A DNA stretch of 64,000 bases. Origin: Octopus sinensis (taxonomy: Eukaryota). A model generated the notes under the pieces. It was not told where the DNA came from, searched no databases, and saw only the letters and a list, made by a program, of their open reading frames with translations. Position numbers and translations under genes: made by a program. The DNA lies in assembly GCF_006345805.1 (NCBI RefSeq), contig NC_043004.1, positions 23,622,001-23,686,000 on the forward strand, written 5' to 3'. Below are positions 1 through 11,271 of this stretch, in pieces (position 1 is the first letter of the stretch; each line of letters opens with the position of its first letter).

Positions 1-889
1 ACTTAAAGAGCAGCATTCTGTGAAAGTCTCAACTTCTTTTGTCATGTTAGCTATAGTTGCTGACATTCAGCTAGAGTAAAAATACGATCGACTAAAATCC
101 TTGAATCTTATATGGTTTGCGAGATCGCAAACCATAGAAAATTAGAAATATAAAGCAAAATAATAATGTAAACGTTTTTCACTTTTGTCAGAAGCTATGA
201 TCTTCAAGCGCTGAATTTGACAGTACAAATAGTACATGATACTAATGATTAATAACAGCAGTGTAGATTTGATACGACTATATCACCACAGAAGGACTGG
301 CTTTGGGAAGAATGGATGTAGGTAGGACTTCGTATAATTGATATCGATATCAATATCAGTGGACATGAAACATCTCAATTCATTGAAATAATGGCTTATG
401 TAATGGAAAGTTTTACGAAAAAGCTAATACGATGCTTGCAGTTCTGAACGTGATAATATTAAAATGTATCAATGTAACTACTAAAAACGTTTCATTTGCT
501 TTTTTCTATCTATAATTATAAGTATGCCATCAAGAAAGTTTAATGAGCCATAGACTATAAATCACGTTGCTACAATTAGTTTCTGATAAAAAGAAAAAAG
601 AGAAAGTTATAAAATTTGATGTAACTCTAAGGCGAACGACATCTATGAAATTTGATTGGATGTTTGAAGTTGAAAAAGGATCGGAAACTGTAAGGAATGA
701 TATAAAGCAGAAGTCAGTTATGTCTGTCTTCATATCCTGGCTATTTGGTATTGTAACAAGTACAAATCTACGAAACCATTTTTAAAATATAAAGGTCTAA
801 CATAAATAGGAAGCAGATTATATTTATTATTAAGTGCAATGGTTATCTTGTTTGTTCAATGAGATTTTAACAGTGTTTTAATATATTAT

Positions 890-1089
890 AGGTGTAGGAG
901 TGGCTGTGTGGTAACTAGCTTGCTTACGAACCTTGCATGGCACATTGGGCAAGTGTCTTCTATTATAGCTTCGGGCCGACCAAAGCCTTGTGAGTGGATT
1001 TGGTAGACGGAAACTAAAAGAAGCCCGTCTTATATATATACATTTATATATATATGTATACATACGACATATATGTAAATATATATGAA

Positions 1090-1148
<59 letters not shown>

Positions 1149-1162
1149 CGACGTATATGTAA

Positions 1163-1209
<47 letters not shown>

Positions 1210-1354
1210 ATATATAAGAAAATATTAAAGAGTGAAAAAACGACAGAAGGCTTAAATGTTAATTTTTTAACATTTAAGCCTTCTGTCGTTTTTTCACTCT
1301 TTAATATTTTCTTATATATTCACCCACGTGCTTTACCAAACAAACTTTCTTATC

Positions 1355-1433
<79 letters not shown>

Positions 1434-1668
1434 ATGTGTGTGTGTATATGTTTGTGTGTCTGTGTTTGTCCCCCCAACATCGCTTGACAACCGATGCTGG
1501 TGTGTTTACGTCCCGGTAACTTAGCGGTTCGGCAAATGATAACCAATAGAATAAGTACTAGTTTTACAAAGAATAAGTTCTGGGGTTGATTTGCTCGACT
1601 AAAGGCGGTGCTCTAGCATGGCCTCAGTCAAATGACTGAAACAAGTAACAGAGAGTAAAGAGTAAAGA
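890..1668 (+). mobile_element. tRNA-type SINE family A with expanded internal (AT)n/(GT)n tract
   Basis: Head ggagtggctgtgtggtaa...; conserved right half ccaacatcgcttgacaaccgatgctgg; tail gactgaaacaagtaa(agagt)n; more than 10 homologues in the window. Confidence 0.9.
1211..1318. repeat. Fold-back palindrome, about 52 bp arms and 4 nt loop, inside the (AT)n tract of the SINE
   Basis: aagaaaatattaaagagtgaaaaaacgacagaaggcttaaatgttaa / tttt / ttaacatttaagccttctgtcgttttttcactctttaatattttctt. Confidence 0.95.
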
Positions 1669-1907
1669 GAATATATATTCACACACACACACACACGGAT
1701 CTTTATAGTCAACACGTCTATTAGGAAAAATCATCTATGGATTAACTCATAGCAATGTGTGCCTGGATAAAGTATAAGCGCATACACACAATGTACAAAA
1801 GATTTTCCCAAAATGTTCGTCTCATTCTGCTTTTCTAAGGGTCCTTTTAAATAGACATCAAGTTTTAAGAAAACTCTTTCCTCATCTCTCTCCCTTTCAC
1901 TGAATAG

Positions 1908-2055
1908 GTATGTATGTATGTATGTATGTATGTATGTATGTATGTATGTATGTATGTATGATGTATGTATGTACGTACGTATGCATGCATGTATGTATGT
2001 ATGTATGTATGTATGTATGTATGTATGTATGTATGTATGTATGTATGTATGTATG
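1908..2055. repeat. (TATG)n microsatellite
   Basis: Direct reading; source of the MYVC-type ORFs. Confidence 0.95.
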
Positions 2056-2345
2056 TGGTGTATGCATGTATGAATCTGTGTATATGTGTTATATGTGTAT
2101 ATAATGTGACAGTCCTTACCGGGTGATACTTATGTTGTTGGTCAGTTTACACATATATAAGAACACATCTACAGAAAGAAGCTGAGCAAGGAGTAGATCC
2201 GAGTAGGATGACGTTGTGGGGAAGGATGGGAAAGGACTGGATAGAGATATGAGTAGAATTGTTTAGAATATTACAATATGAGGCAGTGAAGGAAGAGAGA
2301 GACCGGTGTCACAGGTGGAGGTGATAGCTGTGTTGTAACAAATAA

Positions 2346-2576
2346 GGCGGCGAGCTGGCAGAAACGTTAGCACACCGGGCGAAATGCTTAGCGGTATTGC
2401 GTCTGTCGTTGCGTTCTGCGTTCAAATTCCGCCGAGGTCGACGTTGCCTTTCATCCTTTCGGGGTCAATAAATTAAGTACCAGTGACGCACTGGGGTCGA
2501 TGTAATCGACTTAATCCGTTTGTCTGTCCTTGTTTGTCCCCTCTATGTTTAGCCCCTTGTGGGTAATAAAGAAACA
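2346..2576 (+). mobile_element. SINE family B with 19 bp target-site duplication
   Basis: ggcggcgagctggcagaaacgttagc...ggttcaaattcc-like B box...ctttcatcctttcggggtc; TSD gatagctgtgttgtaacaa at 2323-2341 and 2577-2595. Confidence 0.92.
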
Positions 2577-2639
2577 GATAGCTGTGTTGTAACAATAGAA
2601 TAGGCAAATAAAACTCTCTCGCATGTTAATAAGTGTGTG

Positions 2640-3480
2640 CATGTATTTTTTTGCACGAGAACTCAGAAACTCCGTGCTGGTGACCAGCGTGCAGGAAAAC
2701 CACGGGGAGGTATGTTAAAGTATGTCTCCAGGAGAAGGTTACTCTGATATAAAACCGGATGTGTTGGGAATGACATTAGATATTTTGGGCATTATTTCAT
2801 TGCGGTTATCATGGTACTTCCACATTCCCGAGCCTCCGATTCATATTGACACTAGATATATTGACCCGGTTTGTTACTGGACTATGTCATTAGGGTGGAG
2901 AAGACCTATGTGGTGTTGTGCAAGCTTTATTGGGCCAAAACTTTTGCAGGGACATTGATTTGTCAGTGATGGCCATGACTCGTCTACGAGTCGACAGCCA
3001 TCTTGCATGCATGTATGTATGTATGTATGTATGTATGTATGTATGTATGTATGTATGTATGTATGTATGTGTGTATTTATGTTTGTATGAATACATGCAT
3101 GTATTTTTATATGTATGTATGCATACATGCATGTCTGTATATATGTATGCATATGTGTAAGTATGTATGAATGTATGTATATATGTATGTATGCATGCAT
3201 AAATATATGTACTTAAGTTTATATATATGTATGCATAAATGTATGTATATATGTATGCGTGCAGGTATATATGTATGTGTGTATATATGTATGTGTGTGT
3301 GTGTATATGCGCGCATATATGTATAGATCTGGTGAAGGGTCTTTTCTAATCTGTCGGATAGTCTTCTAGATGTGGTCTAGCATATGTGTACAGCAGCAGT
3401 ATCCCAAATATGGACGTATGACTCCATTGTATATGTTGTGTCTTGTTGAAGCTGGGAAAAGGAAACTAATCCTTTGTGCT
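2640..3480 (-). mobile_element. Decayed CR1/Jockey-group LINE 3' remnant interrupted by a microsatellite
   Basis: Minus-strand translation YNGVIRPYLGYCC resembles the RT-downstream IRPxLEYC motif; later fragments are only weakly similar. Confidence 0.4.
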
Positions 3481-3503
3481 ACAGTACTTTATATATATAT
3501 ATA

Positions 3504-3700
3504 TTACGGAGATGTACTCGCATAGCAAGTAATATATATATATATTAGGGAATATTATTCCAAAATTACAGGGAAAAATTCAATTTGAAATACTAAATTA
3601 AATTTCACAAAATATAATATATATATAAATTAGAAAAAAACTACCTTTTGTCAATTCAACAATGAAACACGGGGAGAATATTACCTGTAATGTCTAAGTT
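3504..3700 (-). mobile_element. Termini of two (AT)n-associated element families
   Basis: 3504-3530 matches 4818-4845; 3541-3590 (atattagggaata...ttacagggaaaaat) is the reverse complement of 11225-11272. Confidence 0.6.
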
Positions 3701-3899
3701 TAGATTTTCTAGCAATTTTGTAGCTTTTAATTGATCATGAGTTGTCCAAACCAGGTGGGTACGAAATAACTCTTCCATAGTGACACAGGAACTGTCACTA
3801 AGATGCCGAAGGGTTTTCCGGAAAAAGGACGGGGCCTTATGATTCTTTATGCTGCGTATGATAACAATATCAGGGCAGAACTGAGAATTGGTTTTAAAT

Positions 3900-4095
3900 T
3901 TTGGCACAATTTTTATATTTCGGCACAAGCAAATTCGAAGGAGGAGATAAGTCGATTACATCGACTCCAGTGTTCAAATGATATTTATTTTATCGACCAC
4001 TAAGGATGAAAGGCAAAGTCAACCTCGGTGGAATTTGAATTTAGAACATTAACACGGACAAAACACCGTTAAGCATTTCCCCCGGCGGCTTGAGA
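3900..4095 (-). mobile_element. SINE family B, diverged
   Basis: ttttatcgacc...ggatgaaaggcaaagtcaacctcggtggaatttgaa. Confidence 0.8.
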
Positions 4096-4131
4096 ATTCT
4101 GCCAGTTCACCGTCTTAAGAACTCTCTCTCT

Positions 4132-4347
4132 CTATCACTCTTTTATTGTTTCAGTCATTTTACTGTGGTTATGCAGGAGCACGGCCTTAGTCGAGCAAAT
4201 CGGCCCCAGGACTTATTCTTTGTAAGCCTAGTACTTATTCTATCGATCCCTTTTGCCGAACCACTAAGTTACGGGGACGTAAACACATCAGCATCGGTTG
4301 TCAAGCGATGTTGGGGGGGTGGGAGACAAACACAAACACACAGACAT

Positions 4348-4382
<35 letters not shown>

Positions 4383-4552
4383 CATATATACGACGGGCTT
4401 CTTTCAGTTCCCGTCTACCAAATCCAATCAGAAGGCTTTGATTGGCCCGAGGCTATAGTAGAAGACACTTGCCCAAGGTGCCACGCAGTGGGACTGAACC
4501 CGGAACCATGTGGTTGTTAAGCAAGCTACTTACCACAGCCATTCCTGCGCCT
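4132..4552 (-). mobile_element. SINE family A, full length
   Basis: Reverse complement of the 890 element, ending ttcctgcgcct. Confidence 0.9.
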
Positions 4553-4817
4553 TGATTTCAAATTTTGGCACAAGGCTAGCAAGTTCTGAGGAGGGGCTAA
4601 GGCGATTAAATCAACTCCCGTGTTCAACAGGTACTTATTTTATCGACCTCGTAAGGCTGAAAGGCAAAGCCAACCCCGGTGGATTTTGGACTGAGAACAT
4701 AAAGACATATGAAATGCCGCTAAGCATGCAGAACTCTGCAACATATTGAAAAATCTAAAGGATGAGTGCTTATAGAAAGAATGACGAAAGGAATTGATTT
4801 CAAAATTCGATTTTATC

Positions 4818-5455
4818 AATTACGGAGATGTACTCGCATAGCAAGTGATTTGATCTGAGATCGTGTGCTGGAACGAAAACAATTGCAGCGTGGAAGGTGT
4901 TTGTAAGCCATTTAAGTAATAGTAAAACAAAAGTTCTGTGATATAGAGATAAATGTCTGATAATAGGTTTTAGGGTTTTGTTTTGGGGGTGAGGGTCGTA
5001 AATCACTTCCTAGTTTCGGCGGTGGAGGGTGAAATTTGATATTATTGTGATGAGTGGTCAGTCTACATCTATCCATCACTACAGGTTTATAACTTTATGT
5101 TTATAGTGTGTATGTGCGTGCATATACACACACATACATATATACATACATGCATACATACATACATACATACATACATACATACATACATACATACATA
5201 CACAGGCGTATGTACGTACATACATACACACAAACATACATGCGTGTATACATACATACACACATACATACGTACATATATATGACGAACTAACTGTTAC
5301 TTTCTCAGATGCAGCACGGATTTTTGTCAGTGAACAGGTCGCGGATTTTAGCGACGAAAATATTTTGACATATTAAACTTAAATGTTGAAGTGAATCGAA
5401 CGGCTTTTGTGTGTTTCTTAAATGGCTTATAAACACCTTCCACGCTGCAATTGAT
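4818..5455. mobile_element. Two inverted partial copies of a hammerhead-bearing repeat family around a (TACA)n tract
   Basis: caattgcagcgtggaaggtgtttgtaagccatttaag (about 4880-4917) is the near reverse complement of about 5417-5452. Confidence 0.65.
5325..5370 (+). ncRNA. Putative minimal type I hammerhead ribozyme, G3:C8 compensatory core variant
   Basis: Stem I tgtca/tgaca; core GUGAACA+G; stem II gtcgc-ggatttta-gcgac; GAAA; palindromic AATATT stem III; UUU cleavage triplet. Confidence 0.65.
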
Positions 5456-5552
5456 TTATCAATGTTTAAATCAATGTCTTTCTTCTTTGCTACAGTGCCA
5501 GTGACCAGGTGCCTATTAAAATTAACTGCAAACTTCGAATCAGGAATAGAAC

Positions 5553-5629
<77 letters not shown>

Positions 5630-6349
5630 ACACACACAGAGTCTACCTTGAATCAATCTTTGTTGCTATCACTTCTGTCTATTTCACTCTATCCCATTAT
5701 CACTTCATCTAACAAATTCCTTTTTCACCTTTCATTGCATATTTTCCCTCTGAAAATTAAACATCCCTTAAATCGTTATAATAATGTGTTATGAAATATT
5801 AATATATAAATTTTATCATACAGTTTTAATATCTTCCTCTTTAATTTAAATGATCGGTTATTCCATTATTCTGTAGAATTATCTCATTATGAATTTTGTA
5901 TTTTGTTAGAATTATTAAAAACAATATCTAGTGGGTGTGGGTGGAAAAAAGAAAAGCGAAATAAATAAACATGGTAAATATATAAACAAGATTAAGAGGT
6001 TTATGTCTTGCATTAGAGAGTAAATCAGTAATATATATATATTTATTGTACGATGCAAATAAGATATTTTTCCGAACGCAGTTAAAACAGCAGAAATACT
6101 GAGTAAATTACCATTCCAAATCGGAAATATTTGTGAACAAACAGCCATAGAACTCGAATTCAAATCCCTCGAGACTCTAGCTGAGTGCCTTACCTTTAAG
6201 CTAAACTGCCCGTTGACAAATTTATCACAAATTTAGACGCTAAATAGCTAAAATAGCTAAATGGATAACTATGTGTATATGAATTTTTATGCTTTGTAAG
6301 GGTAATTTACATTGTATTTCTGCTGTTCTAATGGCAATTCTTCGATAGG

Positions 6350-6495
6350 AGACCGATAGAAGATCGATAGAAGACCGATAGACCGATAGAATAAGTACCA
6401 GGCTTACAAAGAATAAGTCCTAGGGTTGATTTCTACCCTTTGAGCCGGTGCTACAGTATGGCCGCTGTCAAATGACTGAAACAAGCAGAAGAATA
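6350..6495 (+). mobile_element. SINE family A 3' fragment
   Basis: gaccgatagaataagtaccaggcttacaaagaataagtcc. Confidence 0.8.
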
Positions 6496-6569
6496 GACCA
6501 CAGCAGAAACAGTGTAAGCCAATGAAGTTCATAAGATAATCGTTTATTCCTTTGTCATTTCTCTTTCTC

Positions 6570-6605
<36 letters not shown>

Positions 6606-6852
6606 TTGTTTGTGTGTGTGTATGTGTGTGTGAGTGTGTGTATTATTCTTAAACAAGAATACTATTGACAGTGACTTGGAAGTTTTAGCGAAACACACAC
6701 ACACACACCACACACACACATACACACGCACACACAAACAAACACAAACACACACACATATATATATATACACACGCACACACGCACGCACGCATACACA
6801 CACACACACACACCACACACACACACCACACAACACACACACAAACACACAT

Positions 6853-7016
6853 GCGACGGGCTCCTCGCAGCTTCCGTCTACTAAATCCACTCAGAAGGCT
6901 TTCGTCGGCCCGAGGATATGGTAAAAGACATTTGCCCAAGCTGTTACGCAGTGTGACTGAACCCTGGCCATGTGGTTTGTAAGCAAGCTACATACCACAC
7001 AGCCACTCCTGCGCCT
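6853..7016 (-). mobile_element. SINE family A 5' half
   Basis: cttccgtctactaaatccactc...ccactcctgcgcct. Confidence 0.85.
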
Positions 7017-7218
7017 AAATACATAATATAGGTCTCTCTCTCTCTCTCCCTCTTTCTCTCTCTCTCTCTTTCTCTCTCTCTATATATATATACATGCACA
7101 CACACACATATATATATATACATATATTTATACATATATATGCATATATTTATATTTATATATACATATACATGTATATGTATATATAAATATATGCATA
7201 TATATGTATAAATATATG

Positions 7219-7280
<62 letters not shown>

Positions 7281-7297
7281 TACACACACACATATGC

Positions 7298-7333
<36 letters not shown>

Positions 7334-8399
7334 GTGTGTGTGTGTGTTTATAGACGCACGTAGGTTGAAAGCATGATTGATCATTCCCTACTCCCAGCGG
7401 TATAAAAACGTATTTAAACTCTCGAATGACTTACGACTTAGTATAACTAATTTAAACATGAATCTTGTTATTCAAAGACAAGGCATATTTTTTTTTGGTT
7501 TTTGTTTCAGAAAATGAACTGTAGAAAAAAGACGATGAAATTGATGGAATTGACATAGGAAAAGATCAAATTATATTTATTCCCGATTTTCAGTTTTCAA
7601 CAAAGAACAAAAGTACATTTCTTCTGTTCTAATTAAGAGCCAATATAGACAACACGTCGCCTCTTATTTCAGTGTCGAGGCAGAACTAATATTGTTGTTC
7701 TGCCCCTTTAACTAAAGAACTAGCTTGATCTCCAACACACCCACAATCGCAACTGACACAGAATGAGATTCTTGTTTTCCAGTTCAGTGATATTTCGGTT
7801 CAATACTGAATGAAGTAAGATGTGCTTTTTCTAATGCCCGGCTAAACCAGATATTGGTGTCCTGAATGTGAGTGGTTCAGTTGTTGTCGATTTATTTGAT
7901 TTTGGGAAATACTAAAGATGATTGCCTGATAAAAGTGTGAAGACATATACAACGATACTGAGATGGATGAATAGATATAGCGAATTATACACAAATCGAT
8001 GGAGGGATTGATAGATCGATAGATAGATAGACAGACAGGTACATACACACACACATATATATGGATCTAGATTAGTAGATAGAAATGTAGAACACATAGG
8101 AGATAGCCATATAGACTGAGATAGGCATACAGACAAATGGATCTCTCTCTCTCTCTCCCTGTGTGTGTGTGTGCTTTAATATATTAATACGGAAGACGGA
8201 GTGTAACCAGAAGCATATATTAGTACAACAGTCCTTTCAGCTTCATATTGTACTGCTCCCTGGTGGGTGTGTTTTTGCAGGCACACTACCGGGGACTCAC
8301 CCTGAAACAAGGTTTGGATACTGCATGTAACACCTACTTTCTAAACCTTAATTCTTTAATTTTAAATTTGACATATATAATATATACATGCGCATATAT

Positions 8400-8760
8400 A
8401 TATAATTCAAATTACTGAAAACGAAAGATAAAGACAGGTGAGTGAATAACAAGCAGGTGTATTAGTTTGACGCTCAGGAATAATGGAATGTCTTTGACGT
8501 TTCGAGCCTACGCTCTTCGACAGAAATGATTGAAAGGAAAAAAAATGGAGGGAGAACGGAAAAAATAGAGTGGGAAAAATGTGTAAGGATTAACGGTTCA
8601 ACATGATGAAATGACCAAATATAAAAAGGTGAATTAAAGGGAGATAATAACGGTGGCCCGGCTGAACTAGGATGCGCAAGCGTGTGTCTCTGTAAGTATG
8701 GTGTATGTGAGTGTATACGTGTAAATGGGGGCAAGCGCCTGTGAATGTATGAGTGAACGA
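8400..8760 (-). mobile_element. (AT)n-associated repeat carrying a hammerhead-like motif
   Basis: Terminal aaagataaagacaggtg segment is related to the reverse complement of 45105-45155; motif at 8491-8526. Confidence 0.55.
8491..8526 (-). ncRNA. Hammerhead-like motif, A6U variant
   Basis: Minus strand ttt-CUGUCGA-A-gagc-gtag-gctc-GAAA-C-GUC-aaa; palindromic ACGU stem III; only 3 bp of stem I. Confidence 0.5.
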
Positions 8761-9355
8761 GCTTAAAATTATGTGGGCCTGTGTGCGTATGAGAGCGCGC
8801 GTGTGTGTGTGTGCGTATGTGTGTGTGTGTGCGCGTTTGTGTTAGTGCATGAAGTATGTGTGTGTGTGTGGCCGTATAGTGTGCATATGCGTTATGTATG
8901 TTTATGTGCGAAAGTTGTATGTGTTTATGCATGCTGTGTGCGTGTGTATATTGTCTGTGTTCAGGCGTGCTGTATGCGAGTACATTGTGTGTATTTTTAG
9001 GAGTGAATATATTTCCAGCAGGTAGACATACTTAGTATGTCCGATTAATTTTAATGCTTCAGCTATTTAATGCTTTTTGGAGGCCTGCAATCGCCTATAT
9101 TACTGATTCTGTTATTATAATTTTTAATTGTTACACTAGATAATAATAGATTCAATAATATCTTTGCAGATATTATTTCGTCTGTCTTTACGTTCTCAGT
9201 TCAAATTCCGCTGAGGTCGACAAATTAAGTACCAGTTGCGTACTGGGGTTAATCTAATTGACTGGCCTCTTCCTCCAAAATTTCGAGCCTTGTGCCTAGA
9301 ATAGAAAAGAATATCTTCCCAGATATTTTCTCCTGAATTATTTACTCCGCATTGA

Positions 9356-9403
<48 letters not shown>

Positions 9404-9440
9404 TTTTTTATAAAAAAGGAGATGTGGAACACGAGTTGTG

Positions 9441-9753
9441 ATATATAAAAAAGGAAATGAAGAAAATGCTGACAAAATAATTTAAGTAATTTAAGTAATT
9501 TAATTAGGTGAAGTTCTTTTTACCGGTTGCGCATTTGTAATGCTTATCAAAAGATGTTTTTTTAAGAGAGATAGAGTTACTTTCTGATAGATTTTTTCCT
9601 CTTATCTGAGGAAAAATCTATCAGAAAGTAACTCTATCTCTCTTAAAAAAACATCTTTTGATAAGCATTACAAATGCGCAACCGTTAAAAGAACTTCACC
9701 TAATTAAATTACTTAAATTACTTAAATTATTTTGTCAGCATTTTCTTCATTTC

Positions 9754-9764
<11 letters not shown>
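9441..9764. repeat. Fold-back palindrome, about 160 bp arms and 6 nt loop (ttatct), between (AT)n tracts
   Basis: Arms meet at cctc(9598-9601)/gagg(9608-9611) and differ by only a few homopolymer indels. Confidence 0.95.
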
Positions 9765-9807
<43 letters not shown>

Positions 9808-9825
9808 ATATATATATACATTCAT

Positions 9826-10150
9826 AGGCGCAGTCGTGGTAAGAAATTTGCTTCCCAACCACATGATTCCGGGTTCAGTCCCGACCGACCAAAGCCTTGT
9901 GAGTGGATTTGGCAGAAGGAAACTGAAAGAAGCCCGTAGTGTTTGTATATATGCATTTATGTGTGTGTCTTTGTATCTGTATTTGTTACCCCGATGTCGG
10001 TGTGCTTACGTTTCCATAACATTAGCTGGTCGGCAAAAGAGACCGATAGAATAAATACCAGGTTTACAAAGAATAAGTCCTAGGGACGATTTCTTCGACT
10101 AAAATTCAGTGCTCGAGCCATGGCCGCAGTCAAACGACTAAAAACAAACA
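9826..10150 (+). mobile_element. SINE family A with internal deletions
   Basis: aggcgcagtcgtggtaagaaatttgcttccc...gactaaaacaaac. Confidence 0.85.
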
Positions 10151-10822
10151 AAAGAATAAAGGAATATACAAAGAACATACTAGCTAATACTCCTAAATTG
10201 AATATATATATATATAAACACACATATTAAAATATTAAAACATAACGAATAAGGAAGTGAAGTTGGAGGTAATAGAATATCGGACAAACATCCGACAATT
10301 TGGTAGGTTAAAGACTCCCTCTGTTGTGCTGTTTCACTCGTCTAGATTTCAGGCAATAACTATCAATACCTAGTTGTAATTAAGTACCACTCTTTTGCCT
10401 CTGAAATAACTATCATAGTCTCTCTTTTATAAATAACTATCACAGTTTCACCTCTTTAATAGGCATACATTTCACCTCTTTAATAGGCATACATGCATCC
10501 ATACATACACACACATCCAACACACATATATAAGGATTCGTTCACTTCATATAGGTGGCTCTCAGCCAGAATTTCCAAGAATGAATAGTCGATCACCTAA
10601 AATACTAAGCTCCATAAATTAGCGTGCACGTGGCTGAGTATACCAAACACACATGCACTCCAGTGGAATCAACGCTACGCAGCCTGGCACAACAAGACGT
10701 TGAAATAAGGATAGATGGTTAAATTTTAAACCATTCGGCTATCTACCTTCCATTCCCCCATACACACACATATATATGCACCCTCAAATATATGCATATA
10801 TACATACATATGTATGTGTGTG

Positions 10823-10882
<60 letters not shown>

Positions 10883-10890
<8 letters not shown>

Positions 10891-11271
10891 TATTCGAGAC
10901 AAAACCACTATTTTGCAAAACAAACAAGGAAAGACTTAATCAATACATAAAATTTTAATAAATAGTCAAAAAAACCGCCACTACAATCGTTCTTGTCTTG
11001 ATCGACAATCTCAGGTGGACTTCCAATATTCAGTGTCAATTGACACTGAATTATTGGAAGTCCACCTGAAGATTGTCGATCAAGACAAGAAACGATTGTA
11101 GTGGCGGTTTTTTTGACTATTTATTAAAATTTATGTATTGATTAAGTCTTCATTGTTTGTTTTGCAAAATAGTGGTTTTGTCTCGAATAATATTTTATAA
11201 TATTTTACTATAAAATCGATTAATCCTAAATCTGATTTTTCCCTGTAAATTTGGATTTATTCCCTAATATT

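Noticed and set aside
190-785. Short open frames (VGLRIIDIDINISGHET..., LLQLVSDKKKKEK...)
   Set aside because: No recognisable family, in-frame stops and no consistent splice-site pair.
9600-9640. CTGAGGA...GAAAGTA at the centre of the 9441 palindrome
   Set aside because: No stem II or stem I pairing; chance match.
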